Shown here in pieces: positions 52,201 to 61,601 of a stretch of 64,000 nucleotides of DNA. Positions within the stretch are counted from its first letter, which is position 1; every line of letters starts with the position of its first letter. The DNA comes from an uncultured Acidobacteriaceae bacterium (GTDB taxonomy: Bacteria > Acidobacteriota > Terriglobia > Terriglobales > Acidobacteriaceae). The notes under the pieces are model-generated. The model was not told the DNA's origin, did no database searches, and worked only from the letters and a program-made list of their open reading frames with translations. A program made the translations under genes and the position numbers. The DNA lies in NCBI GenBank assembly GCA_964247615.1, contig CAXTVC010000001.1, positions 21,827 to 85,826 on the forward strand, read 5' to 3'.

Positions 52201-52398
52201 TGCCCTACACGTCTGCCCGAGGCAACGCTCTATGTGCTCTCCTCCGAGACAGGGACGACCGCCGTACGCTTCACCGACGTACGTAGCGGCAGGCAATTTG
52301 CCGGCACGTTGGCGGCAGGTCGCTCTGCCATGCTGCTGGTAAGCGTCAAGGGTGATGTACTCGCCGACTACCACTGGCAGGCTTCCACGACGAAGTGA
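49276..52398 (+). CDS. Exported multidomain clan GH-A glycoside hydrolase (GH5/GH42-like)
   Basis: Signal peptide; PVGVNY, NFVRT, YDLINEP (acid/base), GETG (nucleophile); flanking trimerisation-like domains. Confidence 0.75.
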   Translation: MRTDRVLQGLLLVVLSAVAVRSPAQSTGKHTPVVFEQAGFPTIDSEPVSHNTLKAALGNEAVFADLPALQRAEVLKDAPLLVLPYGSAVPAAAWSSIEHYLRGGGNLLVLGGQPLRVPVAGDGTSAWVPQAPQDSYSHAIGFRHSYPVPALTAGAHFAWRTGYSFLPSVNIPVQQVYVLEGRLDGLGYLEAPDGTRLAAPVIVADSGAEARMPGTRIVALPFHPVAGYWDTADGGKLLAACAHYAMQGATHLTVEAQYATLRPGELPAITLHHRAPRPPGAASPEASGEAHIELRRGKDVLESKTVALTANGDVAVAFRKPLARGFYTLVATWTRAGDATPQEFAENGFYVEDLTALEEGNGLGTHGDFLTLGGKPFFPVGVNYFSTEANGWDFSGPRNAAIWERDFADMQRHNVNFVRTGVWDGYGKFLDPVTGHANERFLRNLEGFLAAAHRHNIAINFTFFAFSPHTDNTKPKQGGDPEAGTAPPNPYLDTAALKTEYGYVLSVVHRFGRLPWLCYDLINEPSFSNPRLIFHGNVPNNDPAELAAWHTWLGSRYPSTEALADAWRVTPDSLRALPEVPLPTLREITYDRYGNPNEVRAFDYNLFAQDMFSGWVHGMVSTIRGAGSTQLVNVGQDEGGVTNRVLNQFYATAGVSFTTNHTYWNDDALLWDSVVAKRVGLPNITGETGYQPAWNPDGGWRYDELTGTAIEERKWIMGFAAGSSGALQWDWDREVDFGMQRSDGSAKVWQGLMRDLGAFATAATPYATGLKLPEVAIVLPESLQLSVYNAQALEAQQTAVRALYYYNRVEAYAVAEHGTETLGSPKLILLPSAYGLSDKAWSDIEAKVRAGATLLISGPFSADEHLHPNNRAGALGLDYTLTGLQGREETLQLPTGAVPLQYTGLKTTTLDKASLPNAATWSEIRLGEGRILFSTLPVELNSRIESVAAVYAYALKVAGVAATYHADLATPGVLICPTRLPEATLYVLSSETGTTAVRFTDVRSGRQFAGTLAAGRSAMLLVSVKGDVLADYHWQASTTK

Positions 52399-52510
52399 AG
52401 CAAGGGCTGACGGACAGTGAAGCGCTAGGGACAGGCGTTCTATCGCGGAACGACACCTTCAGGCCCCGGGTCGGGCCGTTTTGCCCTGCAGGGAGGCCAA
52501 AGACAGCATT

Positions 52511-52524
52511 TGAAACCGATTTCA
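52511..52524. promoter_or_regulatory. LacI-type operator
   Basis: TGAAACCGATTTCA palindrome 35 nt upstream of the -35 of the TBDR gene. Confidence 0.7.
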
Positions 52525-52558
52525 CGACATTTCATGTCGGGTGGAACCTTCTCCGCTC

Positions 52559-52587
52559 TTGAAAAGACGGGATCGGGAGGTTAAAGT
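52559..52587 (+). promoter_or_regulatory. Sigma70-type promoter
   Basis: TTGAAA-N17-TAAAGT. Confidence 0.6.
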
Positions 52588-52671
52588 CAGGTTATTCAAC
52601 CTACAAAAGTGATCGAGTGCGCCCCATTCGATCATTCTGTCTCTTTATCCGTTCTGCCTTAGGAGTTCCTC

Positions 52672-55600
52672 ATGCGCCCCAGACGTGTTCATTCTCTCGG
52701 CATTCTGACTGTCGCTGCTGCCTGTATCGTGGCCGCTTCCCCAGTCGAAGCACAGACCATCACCGGAACAATCAATGGCGTCGTGACAGATGCCTCCGGG
52801 GCCATCCTGCCGAATGCAAATGTCACCGCAAAGAACACGGCGACAGGCGTTGAGACAAGCGCCACGGCCAACGCCTCGGGCGAATACTCCATTCGCTTCC
52901 TGCAGATCGGGCAGTACACTGTCACGGTAAAGAGCAACGGCTTCCAAAACTACGCCTCCGCTCCGTTCACCCTGGAAGTCAACCAGGTCGCCAAGATCGA
53001 CGCCCACCTGGGCGCCGCTGGTTCCACGCAGACGGTCGACGTGAATGAGAATCTGCAGCCGATCCTCAACACCGAAGACGCGACGATCTCTGGCACTTTT
53101 ACCGCGAACACCATCCAGAACATGCCGATCAACGATCGGAACTTCTCCTCCATCACGGAGTTCCTGCCGGGTGCGGTGACCACTCAGCCAACGCAGATGG
53201 TCGGCGTCAATGCCATCGAGCGCGACACCAACCAGGGCGGTCAGGTCTCCATTAATGGCAACCGCAACCAAACCAATAACTACCTGCTGGACGGCGTTGA
53301 AATCAACGAGACGATCAACAACGTCATCGGCTACAACCCCAGCCCGGACGCCATCGAGAACCTCACCGTCGTCACTTCCAACGCCCCCGCCGAGTACGGC
53401 AACGTCAACGGCGGCGACGTGATCACCGTTCTCAAGAGCGGCACCAACCACTTCCACGGATCGGTGTTTGGCTTCCTCAAGAACTACAACCTGGATGCCA
53501 ACTCCTGGGCGAACAACTTCGCCGGTGTAGCCAAGCAGCCGTTCACGCAGGCGATCATCGGCGGCACGCTCGGCGGTCCCATCATCAAGAACAAATTGTT
53601 CTTCTTTGTGGATTACGAGGCAGCGCGCTACCAGACCGGCGGTACCCAGAATGCGAGCGTCATTCCGATGGCATGGCGCACGGGTGACTTCTCTGCCATT
53701 CCGAAGCAGCTGTACCACTACGTTGCAGGCAGCGGTCTGGTCCCCTACGCCGGCAATCAGGTCCCCATCACGAACCCGGTCGCGCAATTCCTGTTTGCAC
53801 ACCCTGAGCTATATCCCGAGCCGAACAAGGCAGCCACGGATGGCTTGGGTCAGAACAACTACATCGGTGGTTTCAAGAACACCGTGCGCAACGACCAGGG
53901 CGACATCAAGATCGATTACAAGCTCAATGAGCATGACAGCATCATGGGCCGCTACTCGCAGGGCGAGGCCTCGGACAAGACGCCGAACACGCCCATTCTC
54001 ATCACCTTTCCTACGACCAGTGATTATCCCTTCAAGGGCATCGCGATCAACGAGATTCATACCTTCTCCTCGTCAATCGTGAACGAGTTCCGTGCGGGCT
54101 GGTCGCGGGTACGTTGGACGCAAGGCGTGCCGAATGACCTGACCGGTGCCTTTGGCACCACGGGAAACGCGAAGGTCGGCATCAACTACGCGCAACCATA
54201 CCCGGGATTCACCCTCCAGGATTTCGACGAGGGTGGCCAGGGCGTCTCGAACCAGACCTACTTCACCAGCCTGGGCACGTTCGGCGGCGGCAGCAGCCTC
54301 ATCGACAACACCTTCACGTACGGGGACAACATCACGTTTCAGTTCCGCAAGCACACCGTTCGTGCGGGCGTGGAAATCCTCCGCTACCAGCAGAACAACT
54401 TCTACCCGGGTAACGACGGTGTCATGGGCCGTCAGGAGTACACCGGTGCCTACACCGGCGAGCAGATCTCTGATTTCGTCACAGGCAACGTGTACTACGC
54501 CGGGGTCGCAGCCAACGTCGGCCGCAGTGGTCAGCGCCAGTACCGCGATGCAGGCTTTGTGCAGGATGACTGGAAGGCGAGCGACAAGCTGACCGTAAAT
54601 CTGGGGATTCGGTATGAGTACGATCAGCCCATATACGAGATCCATGACAAGCAGGCCAACGTCGACCTGGCGACAAGCAGGTACTACTATGCCGGTACCG
54701 CGGAAGCGGCCACTGTGTATGGCGACAGCCACGCGCTGTATGACCCGGTCTATACGAACCTCATGCCCCGCCTTGGATTCGCTTACCAGGCGAAGCCCCG
54801 CTTTGTCGTTCGCGGTGGATACGGCATCACCAACTACCTGGAAGGTACCGGCGCCAACCTGCGCCTGAACTTCAACCCACCCTTCCAGCCCTCGTATATC
54901 TATCAGGGCGCTGTGGCTTCGGCCACCTCCTCGGGAAACCCTGCCGCTACTGCGACGGCTCTGCCCGCAAGCTTCACGGCGGCGACCTCGGCCACAACCC
55001 TGCGTGCCTGGGACAAACGGTTGAAGTCGGCCTTTATTCAGGAGTTCAACTTCGGTACCGAATACCAGCTAAGCAATAACACCTCGATTGGGGTCAGCTA
55101 CCTCGGCCAGACAGGTCAGCACCTCATCGATGCACGAGCGGCCAACCAGATCACCCTCGCGCAGGCTATCGCCAACGACGCTTCTGGCGCGGCTCTCGGA
55201 ACCGGTGCACCGTACGCCAACCTGGTAGGCAACACGGGCGCGATCGTGGAAACCCAGACGGAATCCATGATGAACTACAACGCCGCGCAGTTGCAGTTCC
55301 GCCATCGGCAAAGCGCTGGTCTGGAATATCAGATCAACTACACCTTCTCTAAGGCCATGACCAATAACCCCGGGTTCTTTGGCGTGTCCAACGTAAATGG
55401 TGCCAGTGCGTATTGGCAGGATGCCTACAACGGTCATGGCGACTACGGTCCGAGTGGCTTTGACACACGCCACAATGCAAGCGCAACAGCCATCTATGCC
55501 CTGCCCTTTGGCCGCGGCCGTCGGTATGGATCGAACATGAATCGCTTGCTGGACGAGGCCGTTGGCGGCTGGAAGATCACAGGAGCGGCGATTGCTTACA

Positions 55601-56043
55601 CCGGTCTCCCGGTGACCATCAACGCCTCGAACACAACCAACACCTTGAACCGGGCCTCGCGTGCCAATCACTACCGCAAGCTGAACGTAGAAAACCGGAG
55701 CGTAGCACACTGGTTCGGCACTGGGCCGTCGGTGGCCGGGTGTGCCAGCGGTGTGGACAATGGTCTTTGCGCTTACGGGACGCCAAACTTCGAGCAGTTC
55801 GGCACCGCTGGCGTTGGATCTGAACGCACACCTGCCTTCAACCAGATGGACTTCACAGGCGGCAAGCAGTTCGACATTACCGAGCACCAGAATGTCGAGT
55901 TCCGGGCCGACTTCTTCAATGCCTTCAACATCGCCAGCTATAACAACCCGGATAACGGCGTCTCTGATTCCAACTTCGGCCAGATCACCGATGTTCGCTC
56001 GCAGCCGCGGCAGGTTCAGTTCTCCGTCCACTACAACTTCTAA
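52672..56043 (+). CDS. Oar-like TonB-dependent receptor
   Basis: AGGAG RBS; signal peptide; GVVTDASGA; KSGTNHFHG; FVQDDWK; ends YNF. Confidence 0.93.
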   Translation: MRPRRVHSLGILTVAAACIVAASPVEAQTITGTINGVVTDASGAILPNANVTAKNTATGVETSATANASGEYSIRFLQIGQYTVTVKSNGFQNYASAPFTLEVNQVAKIDAHLGAAGSTQTVDVNENLQPILNTEDATISGTFTANTIQNMPINDRNFSSITEFLPGAVTTQPTQMVGVNAIERDTNQGGQVSINGNRNQTNNYLLDGVEINETINNVIGYNPSPDAIENLTVVTSNAPAEYGNVNGGDVITVLKSGTNHFHGSVFGFLKNYNLDANSWANNFAGVAKQPFTQAIIGGTLGGPIIKNKLFFFVDYEAARYQTGGTQNASVIPMAWRTGDFSAIPKQLYHYVAGSGLVPYAGNQVPITNPVAQFLFAHPELYPEPNKAATDGLGQNNYIGGFKNTVRNDQGDIKIDYKLNEHDSIMGRYSQGEASDKTPNTPILITFPTTSDYPFKGIAINEIHTFSSSIVNEFRAGWSRVRWTQGVPNDLTGAFGTTGNAKVGINYAQPYPGFTLQDFDEGGQGVSNQTYFTSLGTFGGGSSLIDNTFTYGDNITFQFRKHTVRAGVEILRYQQNNFYPGNDGVMGRQEYTGAYTGEQISDFVTGNVYYAGVAANVGRSGQRQYRDAGFVQDDWKASDKLTVNLGIRYEYDQPIYEIHDKQANVDLATSRYYYAGTAEAATVYGDSHALYDPVYTNLMPRLGFAYQAKPRFVVRGGYGITNYLEGTGANLRLNFNPPFQPSYIYQGAVASATSSGNPAATATALPASFTAATSATTLRAWDKRLKSAFIQEFNFGTEYQLSNNTSIGVSYLGQTGQHLIDARAANQITLAQAIANDASGAALGTGAPYANLVGNTGAIVETQTESMMNYNAAQLQFRHRQSAGLEYQINYTFSKAMTNNPGFFGVSNVNGASAYWQDAYNGHGDYGPSGFDTRHNASATAIYALPFGRGRRYGSNMNRLLDEAVGGWKITGAAIAYTGLPVTINASNTTNTLNRASRANHYRKLNVENRSVAHWFGTGPSVAGCASGVDNGLCAYGTPNFEQFGTAGVGSERTPAFNQMDFTGGKQFDITEHQNVEFRADFFNAFNIASYNNPDNGVSDSNFGQITDVRSQPRQVQFSVHYNF

Positions 56044-56064
56044 CGCAGCTTTACAGTGATCAGC

Positions 56065-56098
56065 GCAAAAGCCGGAGACCTTGGTCTTCGGCTTTTGC
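56065..56098. terminator. Intrinsic terminator
   Basis: GCAAAAGCCGGAGACC-TT-GGTCTTCGGCTTTTGC. Confidence 0.85.
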
Positions 56099-56634
56099 AG
56101 TTTTGCAGCGATGTCTCCTGCAACAGTGGCGCTGTTCTGCGCTTCAAGAACTCGCGGGTTTGCATGAAATTAGGCCCCGCTGATCTACGCTGGATAGAGC
56201 AGCACCTCACGCGAGCCTCGGCGGATCACGACGGGGGAGGACGGTAGGTATCCGGATCTAAGTCATTTCGTTTGAAGATTATGCGATAAATCAGGGGAGG
56301 GGTACGCCCCAAGCCCGGAAACAGCACACGGTACCGACGGTGCCCGATTTCAGGTCACCAATGCCCCGGCCCATGCCTAGAAAGTGCGATGGTGTCTGCC
56401 TTGGTCCGCTTCTACGCTGGATCCAAGGACTCACCTTGCGCATTCACATTCCAGCAAACTACCCCCCCGAAACCCTGGTCCTGTTCGTCATGAGCACATG
56501 GCATGTTCTTGTGGCGCTTCTTATCTCGAGAGTGGGTGTGCTCAGAAGCGCGCCCCTGGCCATGGAGGATGCGTCTCCGCTCCTGGCCCAGTCACAAAGC
56601 AGCGCAGCGGTCTGACACCCGAGCGCTTGCCTGC

Positions 56635-59055
56635 TTACCCCGCTCGATCAGTCCCCTTGCCGGCGGGTACAGACAGCACCGGATTCTCAGGCCAGGCATG
56701 CCTGGGATAGCGGCGCATGAGCTCTCGGCGCACCTGCGGATAGAGCCGCACCCAGAAGCCTGCCAGGTCGGTCGTGGTCTGCACGGCGCGATGATTCGGC
56801 GCGAGCAGATGCACCACGACTGGCGTGCGCTCCGGGCCGATCCGCGGTGTCTCCCCCATACCGAAGAAATCCTGCAGCCTGGAGGCAATCCAGGGAGGCT
56901 TGCCGAGTTCGTAATGCACCTTGGTGGAGCGGCCGTTGGAAAGGCGCAGATTTAGCGGCGCGATGTCGCGGAGGGGCACTCCTGCCCGTGCTTCCAGCAG
57001 AGGGAGCAAGTCTTGTGCAGCCTCGCGAAGCTCACTGAAGCTGCGCAGTCCGGTACTCAGCTCTGTGAGGACATCCGCGGGCTCCGGCTCTGTGGCGCCG
57101 GCGAAGAGGATGCGCGCCGACAGTTGCTGAAGGGCTGCGGCGTCGACAAAGCGCTCAACACCCGCTTGCAGGGCCTTTTCGGCCAGCATAGCGGCCGCGG
57201 CGACAGGCTCTACGTTCCCGCTTCGCGACTCTTCCAGCACCAGCGCGCCGTAGCGCAGGGAGCTCACCGCCTCCACTCGCTCCGCAGCGTCATTCCACAC
57301 GAGAGCGACCGCTTCGCTCACCTGCTCGGGAAACAGGTCGAGCAGCCACTCCGGCTCGACCCGGGCCGTCATGCGGACCAGCGGCATGGGCCGGTCAGAC
57401 CGCACCTCCGCATCCAGCACCACCATGAATTCGTGCGCCGGCGGCTCGCCGGTCAGTTCAGCAGAGACACCGTTCATGAGCAGCACATGCTTCCCTGCCC
57501 GCCGTTGCGCGACCCGATCGGGGAACCCGGACAGGACGGCGAGCAGCAGAGCGTCCTCGTCTCCCTTGCTCCCATGAGGAGGTCGCGTTCGGGCTTTGAG
57601 CTGGCTGCGTAAGATGCCTCGGAGTTGGCGCCTCTGGCGTTCGGCGTTCCCGTCCAGTGGGGCATCAAGCGCAGTGAGCAGATCTGTGTGGTCAGAACGA
57701 CTTCCTGCACCCAGCAGGGCGGCTGCGCCGATTGCCTTCTCGGCGACATCCCTTTCCGTTGCCTCGAGGAGCATGCGCGCGAGCCGTGGCGGCAGGGGCA
57801 GACGTGCCAGCCGGCGAGCGTCGTCTCCATCCGCGCCAAGGCGATGCAACAGGGCCTCTGCGTGCGCAACGGCGGTATCCGGCGGAGGATCCAGCCAGTC
57901 AAGCTCCCCCGGCCCACTGAGCGCCATCGCTCGCAAACTCAGGCACAGCCCACTCAGATCGCTGCGCAGGATCTCCGGCGTGTCGTGCTCCGGCCTTTGC
58001 GCGAAGTCCTCAGCCGGGTAAAGCCGCAGGGCCAGACCGGGGCCGGTACGCCCCGCGCGGCCGGCCCGCTGCAGGGCAGAGGCCTTGCTGATGCGAACGA
58101 CCTGCAGCGTGGGCAGACCGCTCCACGGGGAGTAGGCGGCGGATCGCGCGAGGCCGCTATCAATCACGGCCGTGACACCCTCGATGGTCACCGAACTCTC
58201 CGCGATGTTGGTCGCCAGAATGATCTTCTGCTGAGGGTTGGGAGCGATCGCGCGATCCTGCTCCTCCGGGGAAAGTTCCCCATACAGGGGCAGCAGCAGG
58301 GCGTTCGCAGCGCGGGCCGCCCCGTCGCACTCTCGCATCGCCCGACGGATCTCTGCCGCCCCAGGCAGAAAGACAAGCACGTGGCCGGAGTGCCCGGCGG
58401 TCAGCAGATCCCCCAGCGCGCCTCGAACCTGTTTCTCGAGCGGCAGTGCGGCGTAGGGCAGGTGCCGGATCTGTAGTGGAAAGGATCGGCCCTCGGAGCG
58501 CAGCACGGGGCAGTCGCCAAGGAACGCTGCAATGGGGGCGGCGTCCAGCGTGGCCGACATCACGACCAGAAGGAACTCCGGCCGGCGTCGTTGCAGCCGT
58601 CTGAGCAACGCCAGAGCGAGATCGGTGTCGAGATGGCGCTCATGGAATTCGTCCAGCACCACGGCATCAATGCCGCGCAGATCCGGATCAGAGAGCAGGC
58701 GACGCGTGAGCACGCCTTCGGTAAGGAAGCGTAGACGGGTGTGCGGCCCGCTGACCTCTTCGAAGCGCACCTGGTAGCCGACGGTCTCGCCGACCGGCTC
58801 GTTGCGCTCCGCGGCCGTGCGCTTTGCGGCCAGCCTTGCGGCAATACGGCGCGGCTCCAGCACAAGCACCTCGCCCGCCACAAGACTGAGCAGTAACGGT
58901 GGAACGCGGGTGGTTTTTCCGGCCCCGGGAGCCGCCACAATGACCAGACTGCGGCTGCGTCGGAGGGACTGCGCCACCTCTGGCAGGAGCGCATCGATGG
59001 GCAGCACAGGAGGAACGAGCGCCTGATAGGGGTTCGACACGATCACCCGCGGCAA
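56635..59055 (-). CDS. hrpB: ATP-dependent helicase HrpB
   Basis: PGAGKTT, DEFHER, MSAT, ATNIAESS, QRAGRAGR, RRYPRHAWP tail. Confidence 0.95.
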   Translation of the reverse strand: MPRVIVSNPYQALVPPVLPIDALLPEVAQSLRRSRSLVIVAAPGAGKTTRVPPLLLSLVAGEVLVLEPRRIAARLAAKRTAAERNEPVGETVGYQVRFEEVSGPHTRLRFLTEGVLTRRLLSDPDLRGIDAVVLDEFHERHLDTDLALALLRRLQRRRPEFLLVVMSATLDAAPIAAFLGDCPVLRSEGRSFPLQIRHLPYAALPLEKQVRGALGDLLTAGHSGHVLVFLPGAAEIRRAMRECDGAARAANALLLPLYGELSPEEQDRAIAPNPQQKIILATNIAESSVTIEGVTAVIDSGLARSAAYSPWSGLPTLQVVRISKASALQRAGRAGRTGPGLALRLYPAEDFAQRPEHDTPEILRSDLSGLCLSLRAMALSGPGELDWLDPPPDTAVAHAEALLHRLGADGDDARRLARLPLPPRLARMLLEATERDVAEKAIGAAALLGAGSRSDHTDLLTALDAPLDGNAERQRRQLRGILRSQLKARTRPPHGSKGDEDALLLAVLSGFPDRVAQRRAGKHVLLMNGVSAELTGEPPAHEFMVVLDAEVRSDRPMPLVRMTARVEPEWLLDLFPEQVSEAVALVWNDAAERVEAVSSLRYGALVLEESRSGNVEPVAAAAMLAEKALQAGVERFVDAAALQQLSARILFAGATEPEPADVLTELSTGLRSFSELREAAQDLLPLLEARAGVPLRDIAPLNLRLSNGRSTKVHYELGKPPWIASRLQDFFGMGETPRIGPERTPVVVHLLAPNHRAVQTTTDLAGFWVRLYPQVRRELMRRYPRHAWPENPVLSVPAGKGTDRAG

Positions 59056-59073
59056 GGCGCGGCTAGCACGCCA

Positions 59074-61428
59074 TTACCGTCCGCCATACACCGCGCGGTA
59101 GACCTCACGGTTGCGCATGATGCCCTGCACGTAGTCACGAGTCTCCGTGTACGGAATCGATTCAACCCATTCCGGCACGTCCTTGTAATCACCACTGGCG
59201 ATCCACTGGCGCACCGGGGCGTCACCCGCGTTGTAGGCGGCCAGGGCGTACTCCACCTGACCACCGTAGTGGTCGATGTTCTGGCGCAGATAGGCCGTTC
59301 CCAGACGCAGGTTCTCGGCCGGGTCAAAGAGTTCGTTCGTGCTGAAATGACGCTCCCCCTGCTGCTTGGCAAGCATCTTGCCGGTGGAAGGCAGCAGTTG
59401 CATCAAGCCGTAGGCGTTGGCCCGGCTGACAGCTCCCGGATTGAACTCGGATTCCTGGCGCACAAGAGACGTGACAAGGTAAGGATCCAGACCCTGACTC
59501 TGCGCGTCGCTTGCCAGTTGAGGCCAGTAGGGTCTCGGAAACACGAGCTGCCAGTACGCGGTCGGCACTTCGGCCACCGGCAGCGAAAAGAATGGGACCT
59601 TGCTGCGCTTCATCGCCTGCAGCGCCCGGGCGTTCTCACCGAAGCTTTGATAGATCTGCGCCTCTGCGAGTGCACCCCACTGACCGGAGGTTGGACTCAG
59701 CTGTAGTTCCGGGCGGATGTACTCATTCAGAGCAGCGTTGGCGAGGAGCTTGGCCTTGATAAGGTGCGTGTCGTCCTGCGGCACGGCGTCGATGAGGTGC
59801 GGGTCTTCCACGGCACGGACGGATGCCAGCGCAGGAGCGGGTTCTACACCTGCATGCGTGCCCAGCGCCGCCAGGCGCCCGCGCGCCAGCATCGCGTAGT
59901 AGCTGTTGACGTACGCGGCGTTCAGCGTCTTGTAGTAGTTCAGCGCCTGCCCAGGATTGCTTTCGACGTCTTCATACAGACGACCGCGCCAGTACAGCGC
60001 TCCCGGAATTTCGGTACCACCCGGGTAGCTGGTGATCTGCTCGTCGAACAGGCGTGCAGCGTCGGGCATGTGGCGCAGCCGATAGTCCAGCCACGCGGCA
60101 CGCCAGTGGGCGCTGGGCGCATAGGTGCTGTGGGGGAAATGGCTGACCAGGGCCGCGTAGTCCGAAGCGGCGTGGGCCGGGTCCCGCTTGATCAGGTACA
60201 TGTTGCCGCCGGAGTACAGGGCCTCTTCCAGCCAGCGGCTGTTCGGGTACTGCGTCAGCATGGTCTGGACCAGGGTGTCGTGCTCCGCACTGTTACCCTC
60301 GTTGCGGGCAAGCTCTGACTGCAGGTACATCTTCAATGCGGCCGTGTCGTCGCTGGTGACAGGGAGATGATCCACGTCGCCCCGGGTCAGCTTTTTGAGC
60401 CGCAGATCGCAGACGGCAGCGTAGATCTCCAAAGCGTCGCGATCAGCCTGGGTGAGTGTGCCTTCATTCTGTTGCAGCGCACGGTACTCGATAGCCGCTT
60501 CGCCATACTGCTTGGCGTTGAACATCGCGTCCGCGTGCTGCTTGCGCTCCCCGGCAGTCAGGGCCGCATTCATCACAGCAAGCTGTGACTTGGCATTGCC
60601 TGCTTCGTTGGTCAGGGCGTCATTCAGGTAGATACCCCGGTACAAGGTGGCTGCCGATGCGGTGTTGCCGGACATCTGGTACGCCCGGGCAAGGGTGGAT
60701 CGGAAGTCGAGATGCGACCCCAGCACCCCGGCCTGCAACGGTTGGAGCACCCGCAGCGCATTGGCGGAATCGTTCTGCGCCAGGTACGCGGTGGCCAGCA
60801 GCACCGGCGCCTGCGGCACGAAGAGGCTGTCCGGATGATGTGTCTCGAAATGCTCGAGCAGGGTGACGGCGTCGCCTGGATGGCCGGCAGAGACGGCGGC
60901 CTGGGCTCCAAGATAATCGGCGTAGTCGGAGAGCACCTCGCCTCCTGCAGCCGCGGTGTGGAAGGCGCTCTCGGCATCGCCAAAGCGGTGATCCAGCGCA
61001 TAGGCATGACCGATGGCCAGATTAGCTGTGGCGGACGCTTCTCCCGGATGGGTTGTGGCATAAGCCAGCACCCCGTTGTAGGCAGCGACGGTGCGAGACG
61101 TCAGCAGTTGCTGGGCCATGGGCCGCAGCGTGGCAGAGGCGATAAAGGCGCCGTTCAAGCGCCGGGATTCTGCGGTCGCATGGACCACCAGGGCATGGCG
61201 GGTCGGCACTCCCCGCACCGGGGAACGCTCTGAAACACGGCCCGAAACCTTGCGCAGGGTGGCATGGCCATGGCCATGAGCCGCGTTCGTATGCGCAACC
61301 GCATGCCGCAACGAAGCCGTCCCTCTGGCTCTCGCGATGACATGCTTCTTTGCTGCAGCGGCTTGTCCCGGGTAGCCGACAAGCAGCGTTGCGACAAGTG
61401 CCAAAAGGTTTAGCCGGCGTTTCTTCAT
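59074..61428 (-). CDS. slt: Soluble lytic transglycosylase (Slt70-like, TPR plus SLT domain)
   Basis: RQES, GLMQL, AAYNAG, ETRDYV; signal peptide. Confidence 0.9.
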   Translation of the reverse strand: MKKRRLNLLALVATLLVGYPGQAAAAKKHVIARARGTASLRHAVAHTNAAHGHGHATLRKVSGRVSERSPVRGVPTRHALVVHATAESRRLNGAFIASATLRPMAQQLLTSRTVAAYNGVLAYATTHPGEASATANLAIGHAYALDHRFGDAESAFHTAAAGGEVLSDYADYLGAQAAVSAGHPGDAVTLLEHFETHHPDSLFVPQAPVLLATAYLAQNDSANALRVLQPLQAGVLGSHLDFRSTLARAYQMSGNTASAATLYRGIYLNDALTNEAGNAKSQLAVMNAALTAGERKQHADAMFNAKQYGEAAIEYRALQQNEGTLTQADRDALEIYAAVCDLRLKKLTRGDVDHLPVTSDDTAALKMYLQSELARNEGNSAEHDTLVQTMLTQYPNSRWLEEALYSGGNMYLIKRDPAHAASDYAALVSHFPHSTYAPSAHWRAAWLDYRLRHMPDAARLFDEQITSYPGGTEIPGALYWRGRLYEDVESNPGQALNYYKTLNAAYVNSYYAMLARGRLAALGTHAGVEPAPALASVRAVEDPHLIDAVPQDDTHLIKAKLLANAALNEYIRPELQLSPTSGQWGALAEAQIYQSFGENARALQAMKRSKVPFFSLPVAEVPTAYWQLVFPRPYWPQLASDAQSQGLDPYLVTSLVRQESEFNPGAVSRANAYGLMQLLPSTGKMLAKQQGERHFSTNELFDPAENLRLGTAYLRQNIDHYGGQVEYALAAYNAGDAPVRQWIASGDYKDVPEWVESIPYTETRDYVQGIMRNREVYRAVYGGR

Positions 61429-61601
61429 GGTGTCACCCTGAAAAGACTCTACGTCCCAGATGCAGTACATTCCAACTCCCTGACCGGTTGCAGAATCAGA
61501 CAAGATACGCAGACCGATCCGCGGCCAAGCGAAGCACTTCACCTTCCTTGGGTCCTCATGCTACCCCGCCCGGGAAATCACATCCAGTACACTGGAGAGG
61601 T

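Noticed and set aside
49202-56634. Integrative element at tRNA-Leu
   Set aside because: No integrase and no duplicated tRNA 3' end seen.
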